From Dehalococcoidales bacterium (GTDB lineage: Bacteria > Chloroflexota > Dehalococcoidia > Dehalococcoidales > UBA5627): a stretch of 64,000 nucleotides of DNA. The DNA is taken from positions 209-64,208 of the forward strand of contig JAQTUQ010000007.1 of the NCBI GenBank assembly GCA_028707255.1, in the 5' to 3' direction. The translations under genes and the position numbers were made by a program. Positions within the stretch are counted from its first letter, which is position 1. The number at the start of each line of letters is the position of its first letter. The notes under the pieces are model-generated. The model saw only the letters and a program-made list of their open reading frames with translations, did no database searches and was not told the DNA's origin. Positions 46,491 to 56,058 of this stretch are shown piece after piece.

Positions 46491-46985
46491 TCATACTCCG
46501 GCAAATACCACCGTATAATTATGACCGTACTTCTTAGCGCACCTGGGACAGGTTGTATAATAAAAGTAATAGTTCTTGATACATTTCTCCTTCTGCGCCG
46601 CATGTTTTTCCATCTCTTTAATCCATTTCGGGACATCGTTGTATGCGCCGTCGAAGACTCTCGTCAGGTAGCTGCCCGATAGCCTGACATTCTCGGCGCC
46701 GGGCACCTCTTTGGTAACACTGATGTAAATTTCGCCCTTCCACTGCGAGGTTTCCGACGTCAGCATCAAAAAGTTTTTATCCTCCGGCCTGGCTCCCGCC
46801 TGCTCGATTTTCTGCCACATTTTAGATACCGCCCTGCCGAAAGTGCCCGGTAGCGGGATATGGAATAACTGGGGCACGGTATCCCTGATAAAGAGCTTGT
46901 TATTCAACTTGATTTCTTTGTTATCCCATGGTTCCGGGTCGAATATCGGGCAACATTCTGCTTCCGGATTTTCGTGCTGTGTCAT
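46491..46985 (-). CDS. conserved hypothetical protein (homologues often labelled hydrolase)
   Basis: 164 aa. CCPIFDPEPWDNK...YYTTCPRCAKKYGHNY. Confidence 0.65.
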   Translation of the reverse strand: MTQHENPEAECCPIFDPEPWDNKEIKLNNKLFIRDTVPQLFHIPLPGTFGRAVSKMWQKIEQAGARPEDKNFLMLTSETSQWKGEIYISVTKEVPGAENVRLSGSYLTRVFDGAYNDVPKWIKEMEKHAAQKEKCIKNYYFYYTTCPRCAKKYGHNYTVVFAGV

Positions 46986-47049
46986 AGTTCACTTCTCCTT
47001 TCGACCACAAGCGGCCTGTCGAGGTTAAAGGCAGTACGTGTTTTTACTT

Positions 47050-48090
47050 TCAATTTGTATATTCACGGTTTTCGATATTGAGCACCATCTTGATAAAGCG
47101 AACCAGCGCGCTGACACCGAAAGCAACTGCTACAAATATGAAAACCACTTTGGTTACCGTCGGCAGGATTCCGGCGGCCACAGCATTGGGAATAACGCTG
47201 AAATCGAACGGAAATATGATTACCAGATAGATAACCACCGCCATTCCGATTAACTCGAGCAGTATCTGCACCGCCTCGCGGAACCAGTACCTGTCGTAGA
47301 CAATCAATATTATATTGGCAACGATGCAAATCGATAAAGATGTAATCAAAACCGGCATCCATAACATAAAATCGGAGGTTAACATCGGCGTAATCACCAG
47401 ACTGCCGTCATCCCCGACGGAATACCATGCTATATATTCGTAAAACAGAGAAAAGAAAATTATCAAGACTATATTCCAGAATATAGCGAAACTGTAACCT
47501 ATGATTCTGCCCGTCCGCGTGCGGGTAAAATAATCGTCGACTTTTTTACCGAAATTATCTGCTTTTTGCGAAACGGCAGCGCCGAAGTCTTCGCCGTTTT
47601 TTTCTTTTACACTTTCGACATTCTCTCCGGCAGCCTCGGCAGCGGTATCCGTTTTCCATACGGATTTGTGAATCGCCTCGGCAATATCTCCGGCAAGCGG
47701 TGCCTTATAACGCTCACCCTGGTAGGCTTTAATCATGAGCACTATCCAGAATATGAATGCCAGGATACCGATAGCGGCGCCGAAAAACCCGCCGGCATAA
47801 GGAATCCAGCTCAGGCAGGCGCTCAGTACGCCAAGCCCGCCGAAGAGTACTATGGACTGGATGGCGTGAAAATTGACGACTTTATCCTTCTTTTCCAGCA
47901 CAAGGAAAATAATGCCGCTAATCCAGAAGAGCGCATAACAGAGCGTACAGGCCAGATTCTGCGGCAGATTCAGTGTGGGGATATCTCCGGATTTCTCCTG
48001 CTTTTGCTCTGTTTCTATGCGCGCTTTTTCCTCTTCGTATATGCGGTGTCTTTCTTCCGGTGTCAGTTCCATGATGTATCTCCTTCGCAT
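47050..48090 (-). CDS. DUF4870-like polytopic membrane protein
   Basis: 346 aa. LCYALFWISGIIFLVLEKKDKVVNFHAIQS, with further TM segments in the C-terminal half. Confidence 0.65.
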   Translation of the reverse strand: MRRRYIMELTPEERHRIYEEEKARIETEQKQEKSGDIPTLNLPQNLACTLCYALFWISGIIFLVLEKKDKVVNFHAIQSIVLFGGLGVLSACLSWIPYAGGFFGAAIGILAFIFWIVLMIKAYQGERYKAPLAGDIAEAIHKSVWKTDTAAEAAGENVESVKEKNGEDFGAAVSQKADNFGKKVDDYFTRTRTGRIIGYSFAIFWNIVLIIFFSLFYEYIAWYSVGDDGSLVITPMLTSDFMLWMPVLITSLSICIVANIILIVYDRYWFREAVQILLELIGMAVVIYLVIIFPFDFSVIPNAVAAGILPTVTKVVFIFVAVAFGVSALVRFIKMVLNIENREYTN

Positions 48091-48191
48091 AACAATTATA
48101 CAAAAAACAATACAGTATGCAACATATTTTATTGTGTATTTTTTTATTCAAATGTATAATACCACAAAATATTACCGGCGGGTGTAAAATA

Positions 48192-48830
48192 ATGTTGTGG
48201 ATTTTCAAACTTGTAATTACGATAATCTGTCTTGTAATTCTGGTCAGGATTGTCTCTCCGAGGGATTTTTTTCATAGGGTTCTCAACCGTAATGCCGGCT
48301 TCCCGGATAAACTGACATTTATTGTCATCTTCGGACTATTTTCGGTTTTCTGCACCTATATGGGAACGACACTGCCTTCAGGCGCCATCATCAATGTCAG
48401 GGATATGGCGCCGATGCTGGCCGGGCTTATCGGCGGACCGCTGGTCGGTCTGGGTACCGGGCTCATCGGCGGCATTCACCGCTTTTTTCTTGAAGGTTTT
48501 ACGCAAATACCCTGTTCGCTGGCAACGATTCTGATAGGTTTAACGGCAGGTTGCGTAAATCTGTGGATTATACGTCAAAAGGGACGCATCGAGTTTATTA
48601 AGGTACACTGGGCTGCACTTTTTGCGGTTGTAATGGAATTGTGCCACATGGGATTGATACTCCTTTTCGCCCGCCCTTTCGACGAAGCGCTCGAAATAGT
48701 AAAAACGATTGTTCTTTCGATGACTCTGGCAAATACCATCGGTGTATCTTTGGGTTTGCTTCTGATTAAAAAAATGGCAATTGAGAAACATATATTAAAA
48801 TATATAAAGAAAGAAGAACAGCCGGTATAG
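48192..48830 (+). CDS. stand-alone LytS/YhcK-type 5TM receptor domain protein (paralogue 1)
   Basis: Start at the internal ATG (MLWIFKL...). LPSGAIINVRDMAPMLAGLIGGPLVGLGTGLIGGIHRF. Confidence 0.75.
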   Translation: MLWIFKLVITIICLVILVRIVSPRDFFHRVLNRNAGFPDKLTFIVIFGLFSVFCTYMGTTLPSGAIINVRDMAPMLAGLIGGPLVGLGTGLIGGIHRFFLEGFTQIPCSLATILIGLTAGCVNLWIIRQKGRIEFIKVHWAALFAVVMELCHMGLILLFARPFDEALEIVKTIVLSMTLANTIGVSLGLLLIKKMAIEKHILKYIKKEEQPV

Positions 48831-48838
48831 AGAATATT

Positions 48839-49219
48839 ATGGACAGAGAAAGATTCGAACAACTGGTAGTCAAAGCCGTCGAAAGCCTGCCCGAAGAGTT
48901 TCTGGAACTATTGGATAATGTCGATGTAGTGGTAGAAGATTATCCGACAGCTGAACAGCTCGAAAACGAAGATGTTGAAGACGAAACACTGTTACTGGGT
49001 CTTTACGAGGGGATACCTCAAACAATTCGCGGCAGCTTTTACGGCATGGTAATGCCGGACAAGATAACCATTTTTCAAAAAGCCATCGAATCGATGGCCG
49101 ACTCGGAAGATGAAATCGAGCAGCAGATAAGAAAAACGGTGCGGCATGTAATAGCCCACCACTTCGGCAGCAGCGAAGAAACTCTGCGTGAAATAGAAGG
49201 CTACGACGAAGATTACTAG
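48839..49219 (+). CDS. DUF1025/zincin-like metallopeptidase family protein with degenerate HExxH
   Basis: 126 aa. LLGLYEGIP...KITIFQKAIE...HVIAHHFG. Confidence 0.75.
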   Translation: MDRERFEQLVVKAVESLPEEFLELLDNVDVVVEDYPTAEQLENEDVEDETLLLGLYEGIPQTIRGSFYGMVMPDKITIFQKAIESMADSEDEIEQQIRKTVRHVIAHHFGSSEETLREIEGYDEDY

Positions 49220-49470
49220 TAGATTACACTTTTCTTATGGTAATTGTCGACGGTTAGTTTCTCCCTGGCTCCCGCTTCCGCCGGATTTTTCAACGAGAAC
49301 TCGATTATGCTGTTACACTTTGTGCAACGGCTGTAAAAACTATCGACCTCCCTGAAATCCAGCGTTACCTGTGCGCCCGGCCCGTTCTTCGTTTCGAAGT
49401 TTCCCAGTTTTTCCCCGCATACGGGACATTCGGCATCCGCATCCAGCGCTACATAATCGATCTCATGCAT
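49216..49470 (-). CDS. zinc-ribbon hypothetical protein
   Basis: 84 aa. CPVCG...CTKC. Confidence 0.5.
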   Translation of the reverse strand: MHEIDYVALDADAECPVCGEKLGNFETKNGPGAQVTLDFREVDSFYSRCTKCNSIIEFSLKNPAEAGAREKLTVDNYHKKSVIY

Positions 49471-49646
49471 AGGTTCACCGCCAAAATATTATTTTACAGA
49501 TTACAGCATATAACTTAATCTTATTTTTAACAAGTCTTATTTTAACAATTTTATATTATTTTTGTAAGCTCAAGGAATATTTACTCCCTGTATTGCCATA
49601 ATTTATTTCAAGATGATATACTAGCTCTCGATATCTGGAGGAATAA

Positions 49647-49739
49647 ATGAGCACTCGGGGTATGTTAAGACTGATCAGCCTGGTTATTTTTATAGGAGCT
49701 ATTATCACCGCAGTATCTATAATAGTAGAATTCTGTTAA
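49647..49739 (+). CDS. very small membrane peptide (30 aa)
   Basis: Own translation MSTRGMLRLISLVIFIGAIITAVSIIVEFC. RBS GGAGGA 5 nt upstream. Confidence 0.25.
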   Translation: MSTRGMLRLISLVIFIGAIITAVSIIVEFC

Positions 49740-49861
49740 TATAGTCCGTTTTTTCTGTCGGGCACTGCTCGAATGGGTTTATAAGCGTAACCACTTATTT
49801 AATTTATAAATTAAATACTATCTCTCAATAATCCATAATCCATTTAAATCGACTGAAACAT

Positions 49862-50491
49862 ATGGAAAAAGAACTAACCTGGTTATTTTTACTGGCTGCC
49901 ACGCTTGCCTTTCTTCACGTTTTTATCGATATTATCTCTAATCGAAAACCCTTTAAAATGGTTCTTAACAACCGGGGTACATGGGCAGATAAACTGCTCA
50001 TTATTGTACTTTTCGGCGCTTTTTCCATCATCGGTACCTATATGGGTACGGAACTTCCCTCGGGAGCCATACTGAACTATCGCGACCTCGGCCCCATGAT
50101 AGCCGGACTGGTGGGCGGACCAATCGTCGGTCTGGGTGCCGGACTTATCGGGGGAGTGCACCGTTTCTTTATTGGAGGATTTACAGCTGTTCCCTGCGCA
50201 CTGTCGACAATTATCATCGGACTGTTATGCGGATTAATAAAACAATGGCGCGGCAATAAACTTTTAAGCATTCCGCATGCCGTAGCTGTAGCAGTCATAA
50301 TGGAATGCTTTCATATGGGGATGACACTGCTTTTAGCACAACCCTTTGAAGATGCACTGGCTGTCGTTAAACTGGTTATTTTCCCCATGGTATTAGCCAA
50401 CGCAGTCGGAATGATGGTCGCATTGTTCCTGATTAAAAATAAGACTGATGAAATCGGGGGAGTACATAATTCAGGTAAAATCACCGTTTAA
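49862..50491 (+). CDS. stand-alone LytS/YhcK-type 5TM receptor domain protein (paralogue 2)
   Basis: 209 aa. LPSGAILNYRDLGPMIAGLVGGPIVGLGAGLIGGVHRF. Roughly half the residues are identical to paralogue 1 by eye. Confidence 0.75.
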   Translation: MEKELTWLFLLAATLAFLHVFIDIISNRKPFKMVLNNRGTWADKLLIIVLFGAFSIIGTYMGTELPSGAILNYRDLGPMIAGLVGGPIVGLGAGLIGGVHRFFIGGFTAVPCALSTIIIGLLCGLIKQWRGNKLLSIPHAVAVAVIMECFHMGMTLLLAQPFEDALAVVKLVIFPMVLANAVGMMVALFLIKNKTDEIGGVHNSGKITV

Positions 50492-50685
50492 ACGGTTTTT
50501 CCGGCAATAAAAGCGACTGTCTCATCTTGGTAAACTATACAGAATCAATAGCCAGAACTAAATACTTGAGGCGGTTCAGCTTTCTTAGATATATTCCAAG
50601 TCAATAATATGTTTTGACAATGTGAAAACTAACAGATACCATTAGCAATACCGTATTGCATTTCATCTATATAAAGGCACCGAAT

Positions 50686-51198
50686 ATGTCCAATGTTTTA
50701 TCAAAGCATGATATCAAGAGACTTTTAAACGGTAATCCACCGTTGATAGAAGGGTATCTCGATCTGGAGGAACAGTTGCAGCCGAACGGGGTGGATTTTA
50801 CGCTGCGCGATATCTGTTCATTGGAATCTGCCGGTAGAATCGCAGTCAGCAATAAAGAGAGAGTGGTATCGACACAATCACTGTTGGCGTTTAATGAAAA
50901 AGGCTACATTCACCTGCCTAACGGCATCTACAGCATTATCTACAATGAAATCGTCAATTTACCGAAAAACGTAATGGCGCTGGCAACCCCCAGGTCGAGC
51001 CTGCTGCGCTGCGGGGTAACCGTAAATACTGCAGTTTGGGATGCCGGCTATTCGGGGCGTTCGGAATCCTTGCTGGTAGTTTACAATCCCGAAGGATTCG
51101 ACCTGCAAAAAGACTCCAGAATAGTGCAGCTGGTTTTCTTTCAGCTTACAGGAGAAACCGAAGGCTATAACGGCACATATCAGGGTGAAAATATCTGA
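50686..51198 (+). CDS. dCTP deaminase/dUTPase family protein
   Basis: Start at the internal ATG (MSNVLSKHDIKRLL...). PNGVDFTL...RSSLLRCGV...AVWDAGYSG. Confidence 0.8.
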   Translation: MSNVLSKHDIKRLLNGNPPLIEGYLDLEEQLQPNGVDFTLRDICSLESAGRIAVSNKERVVSTQSLLAFNEKGYIHLPNGIYSIIYNEIVNLPKNVMALATPRSSLLRCGVTVNTAVWDAGYSGRSESLLVVYNPEGFDLQKDSRIVQLVFFQLTGETEGYNGTYQGENI

Positions 51199-51201
51199 CT
51201 G

Positions 51202-52116
51202 CTAAAGCGCCAGGCTGAGAGCGGCAGGCATCATACGGAAGGAAGCCGGACACTCTCCGAGGAATTCGCCGTCAGCCTGTATCACTACTTTCTCAGGTGA
51301 CATTATGTCCACACGCGTAGCCTGTTCGATTTTTACCATCGGATGGGTTACATGAGTCCCCTTATATATCCTGGGGAATGTTTTCAAGAGTTCCAGTTTA
51401 TTTATATCACCGACGGAAACCACGTCTAAAAAGCCGTCGTAGATATCCGCCTTGGGGGCAATACACATGCCGCCGCCGAAGTAACAACCGTTAGCCATAA
51501 CCATCGTTAAAACCCGCCTCTCCTCGTGCCTTTCGCCGATACATACGGTTACCAGCTTGTTTTTGTAACTGACAACGGATTGAAGCAGACCGAGCACATA
51601 AGGCACGGTTCCCCCGAATATTTTAGGCAGACGGCTGGCAGCCTCTAACGCCTGGGCATCGAAGCCGACACCGGCAGAATTGATGAAATAACGCTGGCAG
51701 GGTTGCCCGTTTTTAAAGTAATCCACCACCCCGACATCTATCATGCGCTTCTTTGCTCCATATATGCATGCGCAGGCTTTTATATAATCCTTTGTAATTC
51801 CAGCCGTGCGGATAAAATCGCCGCCGGTTCCGGTACTTATAATACCGATGGTTGCCTCGCAGGAATCCTTGGACTGCAATATACCGTTAGCCACCTCGTT
51901 TACGGTGCCGTCTCCACCCACAGCCACTAAAAACTGGTAACCGCTGGCGGTCGCTTCCCGGGCCAGCTCAATGGCATGACCGATACCCTCGGTATACTGG
52001 TATTCGAAAGGCATGCCGCCGCTCTGTAATAATTCACTGATAAGAGGCCATTTACGATAGGTAGTCTTAGCCCCGGCAACAGGATTGACGATGATTTTAG
52101 TTTTTAATGCCGCCAT
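51202..52116 (-). CDS. diacylglycerol/lipid kinase (YegS/BmrU family)
   Basis: 304 aa. VAVGGDGTVNEV motif. Confidence 0.85.
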   Translation of the reverse strand: MAALKTKIIVNPVAGAKTTYRKWPLISELLQSGGMPFEYQYTEGIGHAIELAREATASGYQFLVAVGGDGTVNEVANGILQSKDSCEATIGIISTGTGGDFIRTAGITKDYIKACACIYGAKKRMIDVGVVDYFKNGQPCQRYFINSAGVGFDAQALEAASRLPKIFGGTVPYVLGLLQSVVSYKNKLVTVCIGERHEERRVLTMVMANGCYFGGGMCIAPKADIYDGFLDVVSVGDINKLELLKTFPRIYKGTHVTHPMVKIEQATRVDIMSPEKVVIQADGEFLGECPASFRMMPAALSLAL

Positions 52117-52159
52117 TTTTTAAACAAGTTCCTTTCTGTTGGAATAATCCATTTTCGCT

Positions 52160-52963
52160 CTAGCTCAATTGTCTTCGATTGGTTATGATAAGACTGGAGA
52201 CAAGACCTGCTGCCAGATAAATAATCATTGCCAGGACGCTGAGACCGATATCGGGACTCTCGATCTCGAACGGGAAATTACCCATTTCTTCGAGAGGCAT
52301 AAACGCCGCCAGCATCAGCTCAATTCCACCGTATACCATTGTAATGCTGTCGCCCGCAGTCGAAATCAGGTACCAGTACGGCTGTCCGGCAAGCATCAGC
52401 ACGCTCTCGATAACGCCGGAGATTACCATAATCAGTACCAGCGTCATAACCGTAGCCCCCATAGCCCCTTTCGATATCGCGCTGAAAAAGAGGGTTACCG
52501 CAACAACACACGCTCCATACAGAAGGCATAACCCGAAAGACTGTGCCGTTTCGAAAGGAATGGCCTGATATATTAGGAGAAGGGAGACACAAACTACAAT
52601 ATAAGCAACAATTACCAATATTGCTACAGCCATGCAACTTGCGATGTATTTACCGATTACCAGTGTTGTTCGCTTGACGGGATTGGTAAACAACATAAAG
52701 CCGGTTTTATTCTCGAATTCGCCGGCTATCGCATCCCCCGAAAAGAAGATAGCGCCGATTACAGCCATGGTAGGGCCGATAGAAAGCAGCGCCGCCATCA
52801 GTTTAACACTGTCGGGAAAACCGTCCATCAGAGCCGGGAAGCCAATAAGGACTGCCGCCTCCGTAATAAGCACCAGGAGCAGGATGACATATAAGCGTTT
52901 GCGGCGGATATGCTTTAAAAACTCATAGCCGATGACGATTCCCAGCCGTTTGAATTCACTCAC
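52160..52963 (-). CDS. ABC-2 type transporter permease
   Basis: 267 aa, 6 TM segments. Overlaps the upstream ATPase gene by 8 nt. Confidence 0.75.
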   Translation of the reverse strand: MSEFKRLGIVIGYEFLKHIRRKRLYVILLLVLITEAAVLIGFPALMDGFPDSVKLMAALLSIGPTMAVIGAIFFSGDAIAGEFENKTGFMLFTNPVKRTTLVIGKYIASCMAVAILVIVAYIVVCVSLLLIYQAIPFETAQSFGLCLLYGACVVAVTLFFSAISKGAMGATVMTLVLIMVISGVIESVLMLAGQPYWYLISTAGDSITMVYGGIELMLAAFMPLEEMGNFPFEIESPDIGLSVLAMIIYLAAGLVSSLIITNRRQLS

Positions 52964-53681
52964 CCGGAACCCCCGTTAACTGCAGATAGGCATTTTCCAG
53001 CGTACCGTATTTTTGTTCCAGGGCTTCTATGCTGTCATATCCGAGCAGTTTGCCATGGTCGATAATGGCAACGTGTTTGCATATCTGGGCGACTTCGCTC
53101 AATTGATGGGAAGCAAAAAAGACTACCTTGTCTTTTCCGGCTTCCGTAATAATCTGGCGGAATTCGATCACCGCTCTCGGGTCTAATCCCAGCGCAGGTT
53201 CGTCGAGGATTAAAATCGGCGGGTCGTGCAACAGGGTTTGCGCCAATGCCAGCCGCTGTTTCATACCACGGGAGAATTTTTCTATTTTAACGTTAAGCCA
53301 TTGCTCCAGGCTTACCAGCCCGATGACCTCACCGATACGGTCGGTTAAATGACTGCCTCTCATACCGCGCAGCCTGCCGAAATAGTTGAGAGTTTCTCTC
53401 GGAGTTAAGAAGCCGTAGAATTCGGGGGTTTCGATAATAGTACCTATTTGCGAAAGCGCTTTTTCCTTTTGAGAGGAAACTTCGAAACCCTTGATATATG
53501 CCTTGCCTGAGGTTGCGCGGATGAGGCCGCAGAGGATTTTAAGGGTGGTGCTTTTACCGGCACCGTTAGGCCCTAAAAACCCGACGTTTTCATTTCCCTC
53601 TATCTTAAGAGAGACATTATCCAGCGCTAGGAAGTTATTATAATACTTGGTAAGGTTTTCGATAACGATCGGCTCGTTCAT
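52956..53681 (-). CDS. ABC transporter ATP-binding protein
   Basis: 241 aa. GPNGAGKST, FSRGMKQRLALAQ, ILILDEP. Confidence 0.9.
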   Translation of the reverse strand: MNEPIVIENLTKYYNNFLALDNVSLKIEGNENVGFLGPNGAGKSTTLKILCGLIRATSGKAYIKGFEVSSQKEKALSQIGTIIETPEFYGFLTPRETLNYFGRLRGMRGSHLTDRIGEVIGLVSLEQWLNVKIEKFSRGMKQRLALAQTLLHDPPILILDEPALGLDPRAVIEFRQIITEAGKDKVVFFASHQLSEVAQICKHVAIIDHGKLLGYDSIEALEQKYGTLENAYLQLTGVPGE

Positions 53682-53789
53682 AAAATAATCTCTATTTTAT
53701 TTCCCGTATCAAAACGACAACTATATGATTGTACCATAAAACTCAATGATGTTGAATAGCATACGGCGGCGAATATCGAATGGAATTTA

Positions 53790-54195
53790 AATTCTTCGCT
53801 ACACTCAAGATGACGATTCCCTCTTAGCGTCATTCCGAGTCCCCCGATTTATCGGGGCGAAGCAATCACTACAAAACCTCTTAATTACCCCACCCCGCCA
53901 CCCAAAATGTCGTTGCGAGGACGCCGCAGGCGGACGAAGCAATCTTTACCGAATAGACCGTATGGCAGTATTAAAATAACCGGTAGAGATTGCCGCGTCG
54001 CTCGTTTAACACTCGCTCCTCGCAAAGACAGTGCAGAGAGTCCCGCCACAACTGTCATTCTGAGGCGAAGCCGAAGAATCCAAGACTTATCGAATGGTAT
54101 TTAGTCCCTTCACTTCGTTCAGGGTGACAGTAAAAAAACCGCTTATCTTTGAGCCCGTCGAAGGGTCTGCGAGCGGAGAGGGGTTGCGGCGAGTT
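53790..54195. repeat. composite repeat array (modules B-half, C, A, B, tail)
   Basis: The module A unit at 53908-54030 has a 14-bp outer stem TGTCGTTGCGAGGA/TCCTCGCAAAGACA. Collinear with 55500-55975. Confidence 0.85.
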
Positions 54196-54204
54196 TTAAA
54201 ATTA

Positions 54205-54678
54205 TTAATCAAGAAAATCTATTTGTGCGGGCGGCTTATCTTTAATCTCCACATCGATACCGGCTTCCTTGAAGAGGTCGATAAATGAACTGTCGTTGTA
54301 CTTGCCAAAACTGACGAAACGCTTGATTTTGGCATTCGCCAGCATCTTGGCGCACAGGATGCAGGGTGTATGCGTGCAGTAAATTGTGCATCCCTCGATG
54401 CTGACGCCGTGCAAAGCCGCCTGAATGATGGCATTCTGCTCGGCGTGAATGGCACGGCAGATTTCGTGCCGTTCGCCCGAGGGTATATTCATCTCGTTCC
54501 TGAGACACCCCAGTTCGAGGCAATCCTTGCAGCCGGCAGCGGCGCCGTTATAACCGGTGGAAAGAATGTGCTTGTTTTTTACCGCCACCGCTCCCACATG
54601 GTGACGCAGGCAGGTGGAGCGCTCGGCGACCACGGCGGCAATCTTTAAAAAATACTCGTCGATATCCGGTCTTATCAT
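54205..54678 (-). CDS. dCMP (deoxycytidylate) deaminase
   Basis: 157 aa. HAEQNAI and PCILCAKM zinc motifs. Confidence 0.9.
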   Translation of the reverse strand: MIRPDIDEYFLKIAAVVAERSTCLRHHVGAVAVKNKHILSTGYNGAAAGCKDCLELGCLRNEMNIPSGERHEICRAIHAEQNAIIQAALHGVSIEGCTIYCTHTPCILCAKMLANAKIKRFVSFGKYNDSSFIDLFKEAGIDVEIKDKPPAQIDFLD

Positions 54679-55226
54679 CTTTTCCCCCGTATAAATAAAA
54701 GCGCTTGCTCCACCTCTTTTTGCAAATCGTCCAGCGAGCCTTCGTTGATTATCGTAAAATCCGCCATGGCAATCGGCCCACCCTTGTTGATTTTTACTAT
54801 CTCCGCTTCATCGCGGCCGGCGGCTTCGATAAAAGTCAGCGGACGGATTTTTCTGTGTTCCAGCCTGCGGTAACGGGTTTGGGGCGAGCAGTAAACGGCA
54901 ACCACGAAAAAGTCGTCGTCGAAGTGCTTTTTCAGGATAAGGTATTCTTCCCACGAGTAGAGTCCGTCTATAATCACCGGTGACGATTTGCGGGCTTCTT
55001 CGATACGCGGCAGGTTAAGGATGGCATAAGCCGCCATGCCGTGCTCCTTGCGGAAACCCTCCCGTACGCTGCGCTCGTTCTCCTCGTTCAAAACCAGCCC
55101 GCGCCTTTTGATTTCTTCGTCCGTTATATCACCGAAACGTATCCTGGTAAAACCGTCATCGGTAAAGAAGCGGGCGGCTTCGGATTTGCCCGCGCCTGCC
55201 ATACCAACCAGCGCCGCTACAATCAT
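54675..55226 (-). CDS. P-loop nucleotide kinase-like protein (dephospho-CoA kinase/dNMP kinase-like)
   Basis: 183 aa. [11 protein letters not shown] Walker A. Stop overlaps the deaminase start by 4 nt. Confidence 0.65.
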   Translation of the reverse strand: MIVAALVGMAGAGKSEAARFFTDDGFTRIRFGDITDEEIKRRGLVLNEENERSVREGFRKEHGMAAYAILNLPRIEEARKSSPVIIDGLYSWEEYLILKKHFDDDFFVVAVYCSPQTRYRRLEHRKIRPLTFIEAAGRDEAEIVKINKGGPIAMADFTIINEGSLDDLQKEVEQALLFIRGKR

Positions 55227-55289
55227 ATCAATCTACCTCGAGGTCTAATTATATGAAAACGGCGGGTTTATATCAACAAAACGGATTAT

Positions 55290-55980
55290 AACCCCGCTTT
55301 TTTAGACCTCATCCCCCAGCCTCCCTCTCCGCAAGCATCCTTCGACAAGCTCAGGATGCGCGGATATTGTTAGAGCCGTTCGTGGATAAGGTTAGTAAAA
55401 AGCCGTTCGTGGAGCCTGTCCTGAGGTTCTCGAAGGAAGCCTGTCGAACCATAACGGCGGCGAATTTTAAACCGGATTTCCGTTAAAATCCTTCGACGCA
55501 CTCAGGACGAACGGAAATCTTTACCGAATAGACCGTATGGCGTAGTTATAGTTATCGGTAGAGATTGCCGCGTCGCTCGCTTAACGCTCACTCCTCGCAA
55601 AGACAGAGCAGAGAGACCCTCTACATTGTCATTCTGAGGCGCAGCCGAAGAATCCAGGAATTATCGAATGGCATTCAGTTCCTTCACTTCGTTCAGGATG
55701 ACAATTCCTTTTTAGCATCATTGCGAGTCCCCGATTTGTCGGGATGAAGAAATCCCTGCAATGCAACATAATTACCCCGCCCCGCCACCCAAACTGTCTT
55801 TGCGAGGACGCTGCAGGCGGACGAAGCAATCTTTACCGAATAGACCGTATGGCGTAATTATAGTTATCGCTAGAGATTGCCGCGTCGCTTCGCTCCTCGC
55901 AAAGACAGTTTGGAGATACATCTGAGCCTGTCGAAGGGTCTGCAATCGGAGAAGGGGGCTGGGGGTGAGGTGTAAAAAGC
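55290..55980. repeat. composite repeat array (modules A, B, C, A, tail, inside a split palindrome)
   Basis: Module A units at about 55500-55610 and 55795-55910, module B at 55625-55702. Same orientation as 53790-54195. Confidence 0.85.
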
Positions 55981-56022
55981 GACACAAATAAGCACAAATC
56001 AGTCCTTCCGGTCAACTGTATT

Positions 56023-56050
56023 TTGACTCTAATCACATATGTATTATAAA
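56023..56050 (+). promoter_or_regulatory. candidate promoter giving a near-leaderless transcript
   Basis: TTGACT (56023-56028), 16-nt spacer, TATAAA (56045-56050). The ATG at 56059 has no SD sequence. Confidence 0.35.
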
Positions 56051-56058
56051 ATAGCCAG

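Noticed and set aside
3872-55980. Possibility that the recurring units form a CRISPR array
   Set aside because: The repeats are long (70-160 nt), internally palindromic, irregularly spaced, in both orientations and scattered over 60 kb. No cas genes are present.
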